In this document: positions 1-9,810 of the stretch, one piece after another
How the letters are laid out: the number at the start of each line of letters is the position of its first letter
Numbering within the stretch: the stretch's first letter is position 1
Origin: Phycisphaerales bacterium
Lineage (GTDB): Bacteria; Planctomycetota; Phycisphaerae; Phycisphaerales; UBA5793
Direction: 5' to 3'
Assembly (NCBI GenBank): GCA_026647365.1
Contig: JAPKGW010000006.1
Location: 8,977 to 72,976, forward strand
Length of the DNA stretch: 64,000 bases
The notes under the pieces: model-generated
Told to the model about the DNA's origin: nothing
What the model saw: only the letters and a program-made list of their open reading frames with translations
Databases searched by the model: none
Program-made: the position numbers and the translations under genes

Positions 1-108
1 GCATCGACATTGCATAGCCGGATTGGCGGCGCTGGCGGTGCAGCCCCGCCATGCCTGTGCCGGGTTTCGTCGGCTCTCACTTACCCCCAGATTCCGGAGA
101 AGCGGTCC

Positions 109-1803
109 ATGGCCACCAAGGAACTCTCGTTCGATGTTGAAGCCCGTCAGCAACTCCTCGCCGGCGTGCAGAAACTTGCCGCAGCAGTCAAGAGCACCCT
201 CGGCCCGCGCGGCCGCAACGCCGTGCTCGACAAGTCCTGGGGCGGGCCGACCGTGACCAAGGACGGCGTGACCGTCGCAGAAGAGATCGAACTCCGCAAC
301 AGGTTTGAGAACCTCGGCGCCCAACTCGTCAAGGAGGCCGCGAGCAAAACCAGCGATGACGCCGGCGACGGCACCACGACGGCGACCGTGCTGGCCGAGG
401 CTCTGTTCAAGGAAGGTCTCAGGTTCATCGCCGCCGGCGCCGACGCCAACGCCCTCGTGCGCGGCATGCGCAAGGCCGTCGAAGCCGTCACCGTCGAGAT
501 CGGCAAACTCTCCAAGCCGGTGCGCGGCAAGGAAGACATTCAGTCCGTCGCCACGATCAGTTCCAACAACGATCCCGAAGTCGGCAAGATCATGGCCGAC
601 GCCTTTGAGAAGGTCGGCAAGGACGGCGTCATCACCGTCGAGGAAGGCAAGAGCCTCGAAACTTACGTCGACGTCGTCGAAGGCATGCAGTTTGACCGCG
701 GCTACCTCTCGCCCAACTTCGTCACCAACGTTGACGAGATGAAGGTGCAGTTTGAGAAGGCGCTCGTTCTCATCTACGAGGACAAGATCGATTCACTCAC
801 CAAACTGGTGCCCTTCCTCGAAAAGGTCCAGCAGGCCAAGAAGCCGCTGGTCATCATCGCCGAGGACGTGACGGGCGAGGCGCTGAGCACGCTGGTCATC
901 AACAAGTTGCGCGGCGTGCTCAACGTCGCCGCGGTCAAGGCGCCGGGCTACGGCGACCGGCGCAAGGCGATGCTGGGCGACATTGCCGTCCTTACGGGCG
1001 GCACGGCCATCATGAAGGACCTCGGCATTGACCTCGACCAGGTGCAGATCAGCCAGCTTGGGCTCGCCAAGAAGATCGAGATCGACTCCGAAAACACGAT
1101 CATCATCGAAGGCGCCGGCTCGACAAAGGACATCCAGGCCCGCATCCAGCAGATCAGGACCGAGATCGGCAACACGACCAGCGATTACGACCGCGAAAAA
1201 CTCGAAGAGCGCCTCGCCAAACTCGCCGGCGGCGTGGCGCAGATCAACGTCGGCGCCGCCTCTGAAGCCGAACTCAAGGCTCGCAAGGCGATGGTCGAGG
1301 ATGCGCTGCATGCGACCCGCGCCGCAGTCGCCGAGGGCATCGTCCCCGGCGGCGGCGTGAGTTACATCCGTGCCATCCCCGCCCTTGAGAACGTCCGCGC
1401 CTCCTGCAGGGGTGATGAGGAACACGGCGTCGATCTCGTCCGCAACGCGCTGAGCATCCCGCTGCGCACCATCGCCGACAACGCCGGCCGGAAGGGAACC
1501 GTCGTTGTCGCCAAGGTCGCCGAAGGCAAGGGCAGTTTCGGCTACAACGCCCTCACCGAAGAGTACGGCGACCTGCTCAAGATGGGCGTCGTCACGCCGA
1601 CCAAGGTCGATCGCACGGCACTCCAGAACGCCGCATCGGTCGCGTCACTCCTGCTCACCACCGACTGCATCATCACCGACAAGCCGGAAGAAAAGGACGA
1701 ACATGCCCACGCGCATGGCGGCGGCATGGGTGGTATGGGCGGCATGGGTGGTATGGGCGGCATGGGTGGAATGGGCGGCGGCATGGGCGGAATGGGGTTC
1801 TGA
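109..1803 (+). CDS. groL: Chaperonin GroEL/Cpn60, paralog 1 (His-rich plus GGM-repeat tail)
   Basis: ORF 10..1803. The internal ATG at 109 gives the canonical N-terminus [14 protein letters not shown]. GroEL hallmarks [21 protein letters not shown] and [12 protein letters not shown] are present. The tail reads [15 protein letters not shown]. Confidence 0.97.
   Translation: MATKELSFDVEARQQLLAGVQKLAAAVKSTLGPRGRNAVLDKSWGGPTVTKDGVTVAEEIELRNRFENLGAQLVKEAASKTSDDAGDGTTTATVLAEALFKEGLRFIAAGADANALVRGMRKAVEAVTVEIGKLSKPVRGKEDIQSVATISSNNDPEVGKIMADAFEKVGKDGVITVEEGKSLETYVDVVEGMQFDRGYLSPNFVTNVDEMKVQFEKALVLIYEDKIDSLTKLVPFLEKVQQAKKPLVIIAEDVTGEALSTLVINKLRGVLNVAAVKAPGYGDRRKAMLGDIAVLTGGTAIMKDLGIDLDQVQISQLGLAKKIEIDSENTIIIEGAGSTKDIQARIQQIRTEIGNTTSDYDREKLEERLAKLAGGVAQINVGAASEAELKARKAMVEDALHATRAAVAEGIVPGGGVSYIRAIPALENVRASCRGDEEHGVDLVRNALSIPLRTIADNAGRKGTVVVAKVAEGKGSFGYNALTEEYGDLLKMGVVTPTKVDRTALQNAASVASLLLTTDCIITDKPEEKDEHAHAHGGGMGGMGGMGGMGGMGGMGGGMGGMGF
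1717..1797 (+). repeat. Tandem 9-nt coding repeat (ggc atg ggn) forming the GGM tail of GroEL1
   Basis: Read directly: ggcggcggcatgggtggtatgggcggcatgggtggtatgggcggcatgggtggaatgggc. In frame with groL. Confidence 0.85.
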
Positions 1804-1841
1804 AACCACGCTTGACCAGCAGCCTGAGTTGAAAGGAGTTC

Positions 1842-2354
1842 ATGCCCCGCAGCGGAACCGCAAAGTCGAAGAAGAAAGCGCCTCGAGCAGCGCCGGGCCG
1901 CAGAGTGAAGGCGTCGGTCCCGCCCCTGCTGCTGCTGCCCCCAGGCCAGATCGACTGGACCGAAGAGATCGAGCATCTTTACACCGACCTCGCCCGCGAG
2001 ATGTGCGACTCTCCGGAGAAGTGCAAGATGCTCGTCCTGCGGCTGACGCTCCGCGACGGGTCGGAGTACCTGATCTCCGGCCACGGCAAGCGCGTCGCGC
2101 AGCGCGGCGATGGGTCGCAGGAGATCATCTGCATGCACTTCATCGGTCAGGACTCGCGCAAGCGCCACATTGCACTTTCCATCCGCCCGGAGGATGTGTT
2201 CAAGATCGAACTTGTCGATGTGCCGGAGAAGGAGGAGCGTCCTCCCTTCGGCTTCGCCACGAAGATTCACCGCGACGGCCCTCATCGGAACGGGCCGCGC
2301 CAACTGCCTAACGCCAGAGAAGGAGTTACCGATCATGCAGATCAAGCCTCTTGA
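1842..2354 (+). CDS. Hypothetical 170-aa protein embedded between groEL1 and groES
   Basis: ATG preceded by aaaggag. Strong G/C third-position bias and a balanced, protein-like composition (DWTEEIEHLYTDLAREMCDSPEKCKMLVLRL...). The 3' end overlaps the groES start by 20 nt. I recognise no family. Confidence 0.55.
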   Translation: MPRSGTAKSKKKAPRAAPGRRVKASVPPLLLLPPGQIDWTEEIEHLYTDLAREMCDSPEKCKMLVLRLTLRDGSEYLISGHGKRVAQRGDGSQEIICMHFIGQDSRKRHIALSIRPEDVFKIELVDVPEKEERPPFGFATKIHRDGPHRNGPRQLPNAREGVTDHADQAS

Positions 2355-2625
2355 AGATCGCGTCCTCGTCAAGCCGAGCGATCCGGAAGAGAAGACCGCC
2401 TCGGGCCTGTACCTGCCCCAGGGCGCCAAGGAAAAGCCGCAGCAAGGCACCGTCATCGCCACCGGCCCCGGCCGCCTGCTCAAGGACGGCAAGCGCGCGC
2501 CCGTCAACGTCAAGAAGGGCGAGACCGTCGTTTACGGCAAGTACTCGGGCAGCGAGATCGAAATCAAGGGCGTCAAGCACGTCATCCTCGAAGAGAACGA
2601 CCTGCTCGGCGTGATTGAAAAGTAA
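2335..2625 (+). CDS. groS: Co-chaperonin GroES/Cpn10
   Basis: ATG at 2335 inside ORF 2110..2625, preceded by gaaggag. Sequence [14 protein letters not shown]...GTVIATGPG...[12 protein letters not shown] is typical GroES, 96 aa. Confidence 0.95.
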   Translation: MQIKPLEDRVLVKPSDPEEKTASGLYLPQGAKEKPQQGTVIATGPGRLLKDGKRAPVNVKKGETVVYGKYSGSEIEIKGVKHVILEENDLLGVIEK

Positions 2626-2681
2626 GCCTCGAATCCGCGGCGCCACACGAAAATCACACCCTTCAACCGAGAGCATTCACC

Positions 2682-4295
2682 ATGTCCACCAAGCAGATGA
2701 TGTTCGGCAACGAAGCGCAGGTCGAGATCCGCAAGGGACTGACCCGCCTGGCCGACGCCGTGCGCGTAACGATGGGCCCTGTCGGGCGCAACGTGCTCAT
2801 TCAGAAGTCCTACGGCGGTCCGAGCGTGACCAAGGACGGCGTGAGCGTGGCCAAGGAAGTCGACCTGCCCGAGGCGTTCGAGAACATGGGCGCCAAGCTC
2901 GTCATGCAGGTCGCCAAGAAGACGGCCGACAAGGCAGGCGACGGCACCACGGCCGCGACGGTGCTCGCCGAAGCGATCTATGGGCAAGGGCTGCGCTACG
3001 TCGCCGCCGGGCACAACGCCGTCGAACTCCAGCGCGGCATCACCGCGGCAGCCGAGGCCGCCTGCCAGGCGGTCGAAGGCATGGCGATCAAGTGCAAAGG
3101 ACGAGACGATTACGAGAAGGTCGCCACCGTCTCCGCCAACCACGACCGCGAGATCGGCAGGCTCATCGCCGAGGCGATCGACAAGGTCGGAGCCGAAGGC
3201 GTTGTGGAAGTTGAGGAGGGGAAGACTTCCGAGACCACGCTCGAGTACGTCGAGGGCATGCAGTTCGACAAGGGCTACATGAGCCCGTATTTCATGACCG
3301 ACCCCGCAACGGCCGAGTGCGTGCTCGAAGACGTGTCGATCCTGATCCACGAGAAGAAGATCAGCAACCTCGCTGACCTGCTGCCCTTGCTCAACAAGGT
3401 GGCCGGCAGCGGCAAGCCCCTGCTGATCATCGCAGAAGACGTTGAGAACGAAGCGCTGGCCGCGCTGGTGGTCAACCGTCTGCGCGGCGCCCTGCGGGTC
3501 TGCGCCGTCAAGGCGCCGGGCTTCGGCGATCGGCGCAAAGCCATGCTCGGCGACATCGCCGTGCTCACCGGCGGGACGTTCTTCTCCGAGGATCTCGGCC
3601 GCACGCTTGAGTCGATCGAGTTGACCGATCTCGGCACTGCCAAGAAGATCGTGGTGGACAAGGACAATACGACGATCGTCCAGGGCGCCGGGAAGAAGAA
3701 GGACATCCAGGCCCGGGCCGAGCAGATTCGCACCCAATATGACCGCTCCACGAGCGACTACGACCGCGAGAAGCTCATGGAGCGCCTCGCGAAACTGACC
3801 AGCGGCGTGGCGATCATCAATGTCGGCGCCCCCACGGAAACCGCGATGAAGGAGCGCAAGGACCGCGTCAAGGACGCGCTCCATGCGACGCGGGCCGCGG
3901 CCAAGGAAGGGTTCGTCGCCGGTGGAGGCGTCGCCCTCATTCGTGCCATCGAGGCGGTCAACGACGCCCGCAAGAAGGCCAAGGGCGATCAGAAGTTCGG
4001 CTACGACATCGTCGCCGCCGCGCTCGAGGCCCCCGCCCGTCAGATCGCTGAAAACGCCGGCGAGGACGGAGACGTCGTCGTCGAGAAGATCCGCGAAGGC
4101 AAGGGGCACCTCGGCTTCAACGCGACGACGGGCGAGTTCACCGACCTCGTCAAGGCCGGCATCATCGACCCCGCGCTGGTTGTGCGCACGGCGCTGCAGA
4201 ACGCCGCCTCGGTCGCGGGGCTGATGCTGACCACCGACGTTCTGGTTGCCGAGGTCAAGGACAACAAGGAGCCGGTCGAGGGCGCCGTGGCGTGA
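2682..4295 (+). CDS. groL: Chaperonin GroEL/Cpn60, paralog 2 (no GGM tail)
   Basis: 537 aa with [34 protein letters not shown]. Ends ...[12 protein letters not shown] without a Gly-Met repeat. Confidence 0.96.
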   Translation: MSTKQMMFGNEAQVEIRKGLTRLADAVRVTMGPVGRNVLIQKSYGGPSVTKDGVSVAKEVDLPEAFENMGAKLVMQVAKKTADKAGDGTTAATVLAEAIYGQGLRYVAAGHNAVELQRGITAAAEAACQAVEGMAIKCKGRDDYEKVATVSANHDREIGRLIAEAIDKVGAEGVVEVEEGKTSETTLEYVEGMQFDKGYMSPYFMTDPATAECVLEDVSILIHEKKISNLADLLPLLNKVAGSGKPLLIIAEDVENEALAALVVNRLRGALRVCAVKAPGFGDRRKAMLGDIAVLTGGTFFSEDLGRTLESIELTDLGTAKKIVVDKDNTTIVQGAGKKKDIQARAEQIRTQYDRSTSDYDREKLMERLAKLTSGVAIINVGAPTETAMKERKDRVKDALHATRAAAKEGFVAGGGVALIRAIEAVNDARKKAKGDQKFGYDIVAAALEAPARQIAENAGEDGDVVVEKIREGKGHLGFNATTGEFTDLVKAGIIDPALVVRTALQNAASVAGLMLTTDVLVAEVKDNKEPVEGAVA

Positions 4296-4325
4296 TCGCG
4301 GCGCGTTGGTGATGCGACCTGCCGT

Positions 4326-4360
4326 GCCCACGGAGCGCCGACGCGCGTCCGTGGGCTTTC
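4326..4360 (+). terminator. Putative intrinsic terminator after groEL2
   Basis: 9-bp stem gcccacgga / tccgtgggc (4326..4334 and 4348..4356) followed by tttc att. Confidence 0.5.
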
Positions 4361-4386
4361 ATTGACGTTCCGGCCCGGAGCGACGC

Positions 4387-5544
4387 ATGGCCACGACGCG
4401 CGACTACTACGAAGTTCTCGGTGTGGAGCGCACTTCAAGCGCCGAGGACATCAAGCGCTCCTATCGCCGGCTCGCGATGAAGTTCCACCCCGACCGCAAC
4501 CCCGGAGATGCGCAAGCCGAGGCCAAATTCAAGGAAGCCGCCGAGGCCTACGAAGTGCTCAGCGACGACGGCAGGCGGAAGTTGTATGACCAGTACGGCC
4601 ACGCGGGCCTGCGCGGCACGCCCGGGCACGACTTCCGCTCCATGGATCCGCAGGACATCTTCTCGATGTTCGACGAGATCTTCGGGGCCGGCTTTGGCGG
4701 CGGCGCACGCGGCGGGCGGCGGCGGCAGGGCGTGGCGCGCGGATACGACCTCGAAACGCAGGTCGAGATAACTCTCGAAGAAGTGCTCACCGGCACCACC
4801 GCCGAAGTCGACTTCACGCGCCTTGACGTCTGCGAAACCTGCAAGGGCGAAGGCGCCAGGCCCGGCACCTCGCGATCGCCTTGTCAGACCTGCGGCGGGC
4901 ACGGGCAGGTCGCGCAATCCGGCCTCGGCGGCATGTTCCGCATGGTCACCACGTGCCCGGCCTGCCGCGGCGCCGGTTCGGTCATCACCGATCCCTGCGA
5001 GACCTGCCGCGGCCAGGGGCGCGTGCCCAGGCGCCGGCGGCTGGAAGTGAAGATTCCGCCGGGCATCCGCGCCGGCCAGGCCGTGGCGGTCCGCGGCGAA
5101 GGCGAGCCGCCCCCCCCTGAAGCCTCGCCCGGCGGACAGGGCATTCGCGGCGACCTCCACGTCGTCGTCCGCGTCGCCGCCCATCAACTGTTCGAACGCG
5201 ACGGCGATCACCTGACCATGCGCGTGCCCATCAGTTTCACACAGGCCGCGCTCGGCGCGAACGTGAAAATCCCGACGCTCGACGGCGAACATGAACTCAC
5301 CATCCCGAGAGGAACTCAGCACGGACGCGTCATCAAGGTCGCCGGTCGCGGCCTGCCCAATCTGCGCACCGGACGCCGCGGCGACCTGCTCGTGCTCATC
5401 AGCCTCGAAATACCGCAGAAACTCACCGCGAAACAGGAGACGCTCCTTCGCGAATACGCCGACACCGAAGACCACTCGGTGCTGCCCGAAACACAGGGCT
5501 TCTGGAACCGCATCAGGGACTTCCTCGGAGGCAAGGAAAGCTGA
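4387..5544 (+). CDS. dnaJ: Molecular chaperone DnaJ (type I)
   Basis: J domain (DYYEVLGV...HPDRNPGD), G/F-rich linker, and four CxxCxGxG zinc-finger repeats (CETCKGEG, CQTCGGHG, CPACRGAG, CETCRGQG). Confidence 0.96.
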   Translation: MATTRDYYEVLGVERTSSAEDIKRSYRRLAMKFHPDRNPGDAQAEAKFKEAAEAYEVLSDDGRRKLYDQYGHAGLRGTPGHDFRSMDPQDIFSMFDEIFGAGFGGGARGGRRRQGVARGYDLETQVEITLEEVLTGTTAEVDFTRLDVCETCKGEGARPGTSRSPCQTCGGHGQVAQSGLGGMFRMVTTCPACRGAGSVITDPCETCRGQGRVPRRRRLEVKIPPGIRAGQAVAVRGEGEPPPPEASPGGQGIRGDLHVVVRVAAHQLFERDGDHLTMRVPISFTQAALGANVKIPTLDGEHELTIPRGTQHGRVIKVAGRGLPNLRTGRRGDLLVLISLEIPQKLTAKQETLLREYADTEDHSVLPETQGFWNRIRDFLGGKES

Positions 5545-5547
5545 GCC

Positions 5548-6084
5548 ATGGCCGAATCGGACGCCCACGACCACGACATCGACGAATCGACCGACGATCG
5601 CGAATCGCCGGACGAGCCGGCCGCCGCGGAGATCGACCGCCTTACGCTCGAGCGCGACGAGGCGCTGGCGAAGTATCAGCGGGCGCTGGCGGACTTTCAG
5701 AACTTCCAGCGCCGTTCGTATGCGAACGAAGAGACGGCTCGCCTGCGCGCCAAGGCGGACGTGGTGCGCGACCTCGTGCCCGCGCTGGAGAATCTCGATC
5801 TCGTGCTCGAACACGACGCCGCAGACGATGCCGCCCGCGCCATTCAGCAGGGCGTCAGGATGGTGCGCGACGAGATGCTCAAGGCTCTCGCGGGCCACGG
5901 CGTCGCGCGCATCGAGCCGCAGCCCGGCGACGAGTTCGACGCCAACCGCCATGAGGCGCTCATGCATATCGAGGCGCCGGAAGTCGCGCCTGATCACATC
6001 GCCCAGGTTTTCAAGGCCGGTTACGCCCTCGGGCAAATCATCATTCGCCCCGCCAAAGTCACGCTCGCCCGCGCCGCGGAGTGA
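5548..6084 (+). CDS. grpE: Nucleotide exchange factor GrpE
   Basis: 178 aa starting 3 nt after the dnaJ stop. The pattern ALADFQNFQRR...HEALMHIE...VFKAGYALGQIIIRPAKV is GrpE-like. Confidence 0.9.
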   Translation: MAESDAHDHDIDESTDDRESPDEPAAAEIDRLTLERDEALAKYQRALADFQNFQRRSYANEETARLRAKADVVRDLVPALENLDLVLEHDAADDAARAIQQGVRMVRDEMLKALAGHGVARIEPQPGDEFDANRHEALMHIEAPEVAPDHIAQVFKAGYALGQIIIRPAKVTLARAAE

Positions 6085-6111
6085 ATGGACGAAAGGACTC
6101 TGGAATCAGCC

Positions 6112-6468
6112 ATGCCGACCTACGACTACGTCTGCCGTGCCTGCAATCACCAGTTCGAACTCTTCCAGTCGATGAACGACCCGGTGAAGCGCAAGTGCCC
6201 GAAGTGCGGCAAGTCAAGACTCGAACGTCTCATCGGCACCGGCGCCGGCGTCATCTTCAAGGGCAGCGGCTTCTACCAGACCGACTACCGCTCCGACGGA
6301 TACAAGAAGGCCGCCGAGGCGGAAGCCAAGCCCGCGGAAGCGAAGCCTGCGGCAGACAAGACCTCGCCAGAAGGCCAGGCCGGCTCCTGCGCCTGCGGCG
6401 ATGCGCCCGGAACATGCGCCTCGAAGCCGGCTCCCGAGAAGAAGGCTGCCCAGAAGAAGGCCAAGTAA
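6112..6468 (+). CDS. FmdB/CxxC_CxxC_SSSS family zinc-ribbon protein
   Basis: MPTYDYVCRACNHQFELFQSMNDP..KCPKCG. Start chosen at the ATG at 6112 within ORF 6085..6468. Confidence 0.85.
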   Translation: MPTYDYVCRACNHQFELFQSMNDPVKRKCPKCGKSRLERLIGTGAGVIFKGSGFYQTDYRSDGYKKAAEAEAKPAEAKPAADKTSPEGQAGSCACGDAPGTCASKPAPEKKAAQKKAK

Positions 6469-6510
6469 CCCCGCACCGCGCCCAGGCGTGCGGCGCAGAA
6501 AGGTCGAACC

Positions 6511-7197
6511 ATGCCCGTGCGTGCGCTCGCGTGGTTGGCGGCAATGACGACAGCGGCCATGCTCCTGCTCGGCGGCTGCGCCTCGAATGGAACAACACCG
6601 CCGGAGGGCTTCACCTCCCTCTTCGACGGCCGCACGCTCCGCGGCTGGCGGCCGTTCGTCGGCAGTCCGCCGGAGATCGCGCAGATGGACGCTTCGCGAT
6701 ACGCCGACGCCCTCCGCCGAGGTTACGAAGAACTCAAGCTTCACTGGAAGGTCGAGGACCGCGCCATCGTTACCGACGGCAAGGGGACCAACCTCTGCAC
6801 CGCGCAGGACTACGGCGACTTCGAACTTCTCATCGACTGGAAGATCAGGCCCGGCGGCGACGGCGGCATTTACCTCCGCGGCAGCCCGCAGGTGCAGATC
6901 TGGGATCGCCCCGACATCGGCTCGGGCGGACTCTACAACAACGAGAAGCATCCGAGCCGGCCGCTGGCCATCGCCGACCGCAGGAGCGGCGAGTGGAACA
7001 CCTTTCGCATCCTGATGGTCGGCGAGCGAGTAACGGTGTTTCTCAACGACGTGCTGGTCGTCGATGATGTCGTGATGGAGAACTACTGGGAGCGCGACAG
7101 GCCGATCTACGCCAGCGGCCCGATCGAACTCCAGGCGCACGGCAGCACGGCGATGTTCCGCAATGTCTTCGTGCGGCGGCTTGATGCGGCTCGCTGA
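6511..7197 (+). CDS. Secreted DUF1080 (3-keto-disaccharide hydrolase-like) domain protein
   Basis: Signal peptide, then FTSLFDGRTLRGW...W.VEDRAIV...YGDFELLIDWKI..GGDGGIYLRG...WN.F.I...G..V...LN...IELQAHGS...FRNV, which is the DUF1080 pattern. Confidence 0.85.
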   Translation: MPVRALAWLAAMTTAAMLLLGGCASNGTTPPEGFTSLFDGRTLRGWRPFVGSPPEIAQMDASRYADALRRGYEELKLHWKVEDRAIVTDGKGTNLCTAQDYGDFELLIDWKIRPGGDGGIYLRGSPQVQIWDRPDIGSGGLYNNEKHPSRPLAIADRRSGEWNTFRILMVGERVTVFLNDVLVVDDVVMENYWERDRPIYASGPIELQAHGSTAMFRNVFVRRLDAAR

Positions 7198-7224
7198 GAT
7201 CGTCAGACACACCCAAGCCCATGT

Positions 7225-8550
7225 TCATTGAACCCGGGCTTCAGCCGCCGGCGCGCGCCCTCGCGGATAGAGCGCGAGGAGCACCACAAAGCACGCGATC
7301 GCGATCCACATGGGCACACTGAAGAGGAAGGTGTAGTCCATCTTGCCCGATTCACGGGCCCAGTCGCCGACATAACCTGCCACGATGCTGCCCGCGATGA
7401 TCCCGACGCCGAAGATGACCAGCCCGAAGAGCGACTGGGCGCTGGCGCGAACGTCGGCGGTCGTGTTCTCGTCGACAACCATGAAGGCGACGAAGATGAA
7501 GCAGCCGAAGCACACCCCGTGCATGGCGATGCCGACAATCAGCGTGAGCATGGCGGGCAGAGGCAGCACATCGACGTAAGCGAACAGCGCCATGCGCAGC
7601 GCATAGGCGACGACGCCGGTGAGCAGCAGCGACTTGCGCGAGAACTTCTTCGCGAGAACCGGCATGAGCGCGAGCACGACGATCTCGGCCATCTGCCCGA
7701 TCGTCATCAGCCCGGCGCCGCCCACGCCGAAAATCGCATTGATCGCCTTCTGCAGGTTCTCGATGCTCTCGGCGCCGGCCTGATAGGTGTTCAGAAACGC
7801 GCTCGTGTGCACGAAGTAGAACTGGTGGATGCACGAAATGGGCACGGCGATCAGGAACAGTGTGATCAGCGGCTGGCGGCGCACTTCGCCCAGCGCTTCG
7901 AAGGTCGCGTTCGACCTCGCGCCGCGCGCCGGGGGCGTCGACGGCAGCGTGAGACAGAACATTCCCATCACGACGCCGAGTATCGCGCTGAGGCGGAATG
8001 CGTCCATAATGCCTCTCGCCTGCGCGCTCAACGCCTCGGCTTCAGTCGCGTTCTCCGGCGTATGGTGATGCAGCAGCCACTGGCCGATGCCGATGCCCAC
8101 CGCGATCCAGCCGATGGTGCCCCACACCCGCACCCTGCCGAAGTCTCGGTCGCGGTCGGGCAGGTGGTGAAACGAGAGCGAGTTGGTCAGCGCGAGTGTG
8201 GGCGAGTAGATCAGCGAGTACAGCAGCGAGAACGCGAAGAAGAGCCAGTAGGACTCGATCCAGGCGAGTTGCCATACGAGCACCCCGCCGACGAGGTGGC
8301 TGATTGCCAGGTACTTCTCGGTATTGAAGTATCTGTCAGCGACCTGCCCCGCGATGAAGGGCGCAAAGACCGCTCCCACGCCGCCGATCATGAAGAGGTA
8401 GCCGATCTCACCGTCGGCAAAGCCGCGATGTTGGCTCAGGAACTGGTACATCAGCGGCAGCCACGCGCCCCAGATCGCGTACTGCAGAAACATCATCACC
8501 GAAAGGCGGATCATCAGCGGACGCTGCGATCGGGCTGCGAGTTCACTCAT
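7225..8550 (-). CDS. MFS transporter, nucleoside:H+ symporter-like
   Basis: 441 aa, about 12 predicted TM segments. The N-terminus MIRLSVMMFLQYAIWGAWLP resembles the NupG/XapB-type family. Confidence 0.8.
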   Translation of the reverse strand: MSELAARSQRPLMIRLSVMMFLQYAIWGAWLPLMYQFLSQHRGFADGEIGYLFMIGGVGAVFAPFIAGQVADRYFNTEKYLAISHLVGGVLVWQLAWIESYWLFFAFSLLYSLIYSPTLALTNSLSFHHLPDRDRDFGRVRVWGTIGWIAVGIGIGQWLLHHHTPENATEAEALSAQARGIMDAFRLSAILGVVMGMFCLTLPSTPPARGARSNATFEALGEVRRQPLITLFLIAVPISCIHQFYFVHTSAFLNTYQAGAESIENLQKAINAIFGVGGAGLMTIGQMAEIVVLALMPVLAKKFSRKSLLLTGVVAYALRMALFAYVDVLPLPAMLTLIVGIAMHGVCFGCFIFVAFMVVDENTTADVRASAQSLFGLVIFGVGIIAGSIVAGYVGDWARESGKMDYTFLFSVPMWIAIACFVVLLALYPRGRAPAAEARVQ

Positions 8551-8627
8551 CCGGGCGCCTTTCTGCTCACGGGATGAAACTGGATCGGCACCGCGATCCG
8601 GCGGCCCGCGGGCGACCGACGATTCCC

Positions 8628-9491
8628 TTACGGCTGCTCACCCACTTCGATCGGCTCGTCCGCCTCCGCCTCGCAAATGATTCGGAATCCGACAAAGTTG
8701 CAGTCCGACAGCCACCACGTGCTCTTGGGCATCTGCGGATCGGTGATGTTCCAAAGGGCGGTCTGCCGGTCGCGGCGCTTGAGCGTCACATCCTCGGGCT
8801 TGTTGAGAAAGGCGCCGCCGCAGGCGACAGGCTGTCCGTCAAGCCCGATGCACCACTCGGCAACATTGCCGTGCACGTCGTAGACGCCCCACGCATTGAC
8901 TCTCTTCTTGCCGACCGGCTGCGTCTTGCGCTTCGCGTTGCCGCTGTGCCAGGCATAGTCGTCGATGAGCGAAGCGTCGTCGCCGAAGCAGTACGGGGCA
9001 TCCGCCGCGGCGCCGGCGCGCGCCAGATACTCCCACTCCGTTTCAGTCGGCAATCGGTACTTGCGCCCTGTCTTGGCGGAAAGCCACTTGCAGAACTCCT
9101 CCGCACCCTTGAACGAGAGGGAGATGGCCGCATAGCCGGCGTGTCCGTAGCCGCGATCGGGCGGGATGTAGGGCTTGGTGGGTCGTGTGATGGCGTCGGG
9201 CCCGTCGGCAGGCGGCTCGCCATCACCCCCTTTGCCCTCCGGAACATCAAGCCTGTAGACGAAGATGTCGTACGCGTCCCACGTGATCTCGGTCGTGCTC
9301 ACCCAGAAGGGACCGATATCAACCGTCTTCGTCGCGCCAGGCTTGTCCGGGTCGGGAATGCGCACCGAGCCGCGCGGAATCGGCACGAGGTCAATCGTCA
9401 CGACCGTTCCGCTGATCTCTTGCGTATAGGGTTCGAGAGGGGGGCCGGCCGCCGCGACCGTGTCGATGGTCTGCCCACCCGCGTCGAACAC
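8628..9491 (-). CDS. Formylglycine-generating-enzyme (SUMF1/FGE-sulfatase) family protein
   Basis: YRLPTETEWEYLARAG...NAWGVYDVHGNVAEWC is an FGE-domain signature. The only in-frame start is GTG at 9491 with no SD, so the start is uncertain. Confidence 0.8.
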   Translation of the reverse strand: MFDAGGQTIDTVAAAGPPLEPYTQEISGTVVTIDLVPIPRGSVRIPDPDKPGATKTVDIGPFWVSTTEITWDAYDIFVYRLDVPEGKGGDGEPPADGPDAITRPTKPYIPPDRGYGHAGYAAISLSFKGAEEFCKWLSAKTGRKYRLPTETEWEYLARAGAAADAPYCFGDDASLIDDYAWHSGNAKRKTQPVGKKRVNAWGVYDVHGNVAEWCIGLDGQPVACGGAFLNKPEDVTLKRRDRQTALWNITDPQMPKSTWWLSDCNFVGFRIICEAEADEPIEVGEQP

Positions 9492-9521
9492 GAGCGGCAG
9501 GACAAACGCCAGATGTGAAAG

Positions 9522-9604
9522 TGGGCAGGGGAGGATTCGAACCTCCGAAGGCTTAAGCCATCAGATTTACAGTCTGACCCGTTTGACCGCTTCGGTACCT
9601 ACCC
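9522..9604 (-). tRNA. tRNA-Tyr (anticodon GTA), long variable arm, no encoded CCA
   Basis: Folded by hand. Acceptor GGGTAGG/CCTGCCC, anticodon loop CTGTAAA, variable arm GGCTTAAGCC, T arm GGAGG-TTCGAAT-CCTCC. 83 nt, closely parallel to E. coli tRNA-Tyr. Confidence 0.93.
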
Positions 9605-9810
9605 GATGATCGGGATGAGAAAGATAGCCGTGCCGGCGGCGTTGGTCCACGACGAAGAACACCCCGGATCGCTCAAGCCCCGCGGCAGACTGTGTGGGGG
9701 GCGAATCCCCTGATCTGCCGCAGATGCTCTGGAAATTCTGCATCGCAAGCCCCGGATCCCGCGTATCGTCTGGTTCAGTCCGCGCGACAGAGAGTGAGGT
9801 TGCAGGACCC

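Noticed and set aside
1-108. CIRCE/HrcA operator or other heat-shock operator upstream of groEL1 (also checked at 2626..2681 and 4296..4386).
   Set aside because: No TTAGCACTC-N9-GAGTGCTAA-like inverted repeat is present. The true promoter may lie outside the window.
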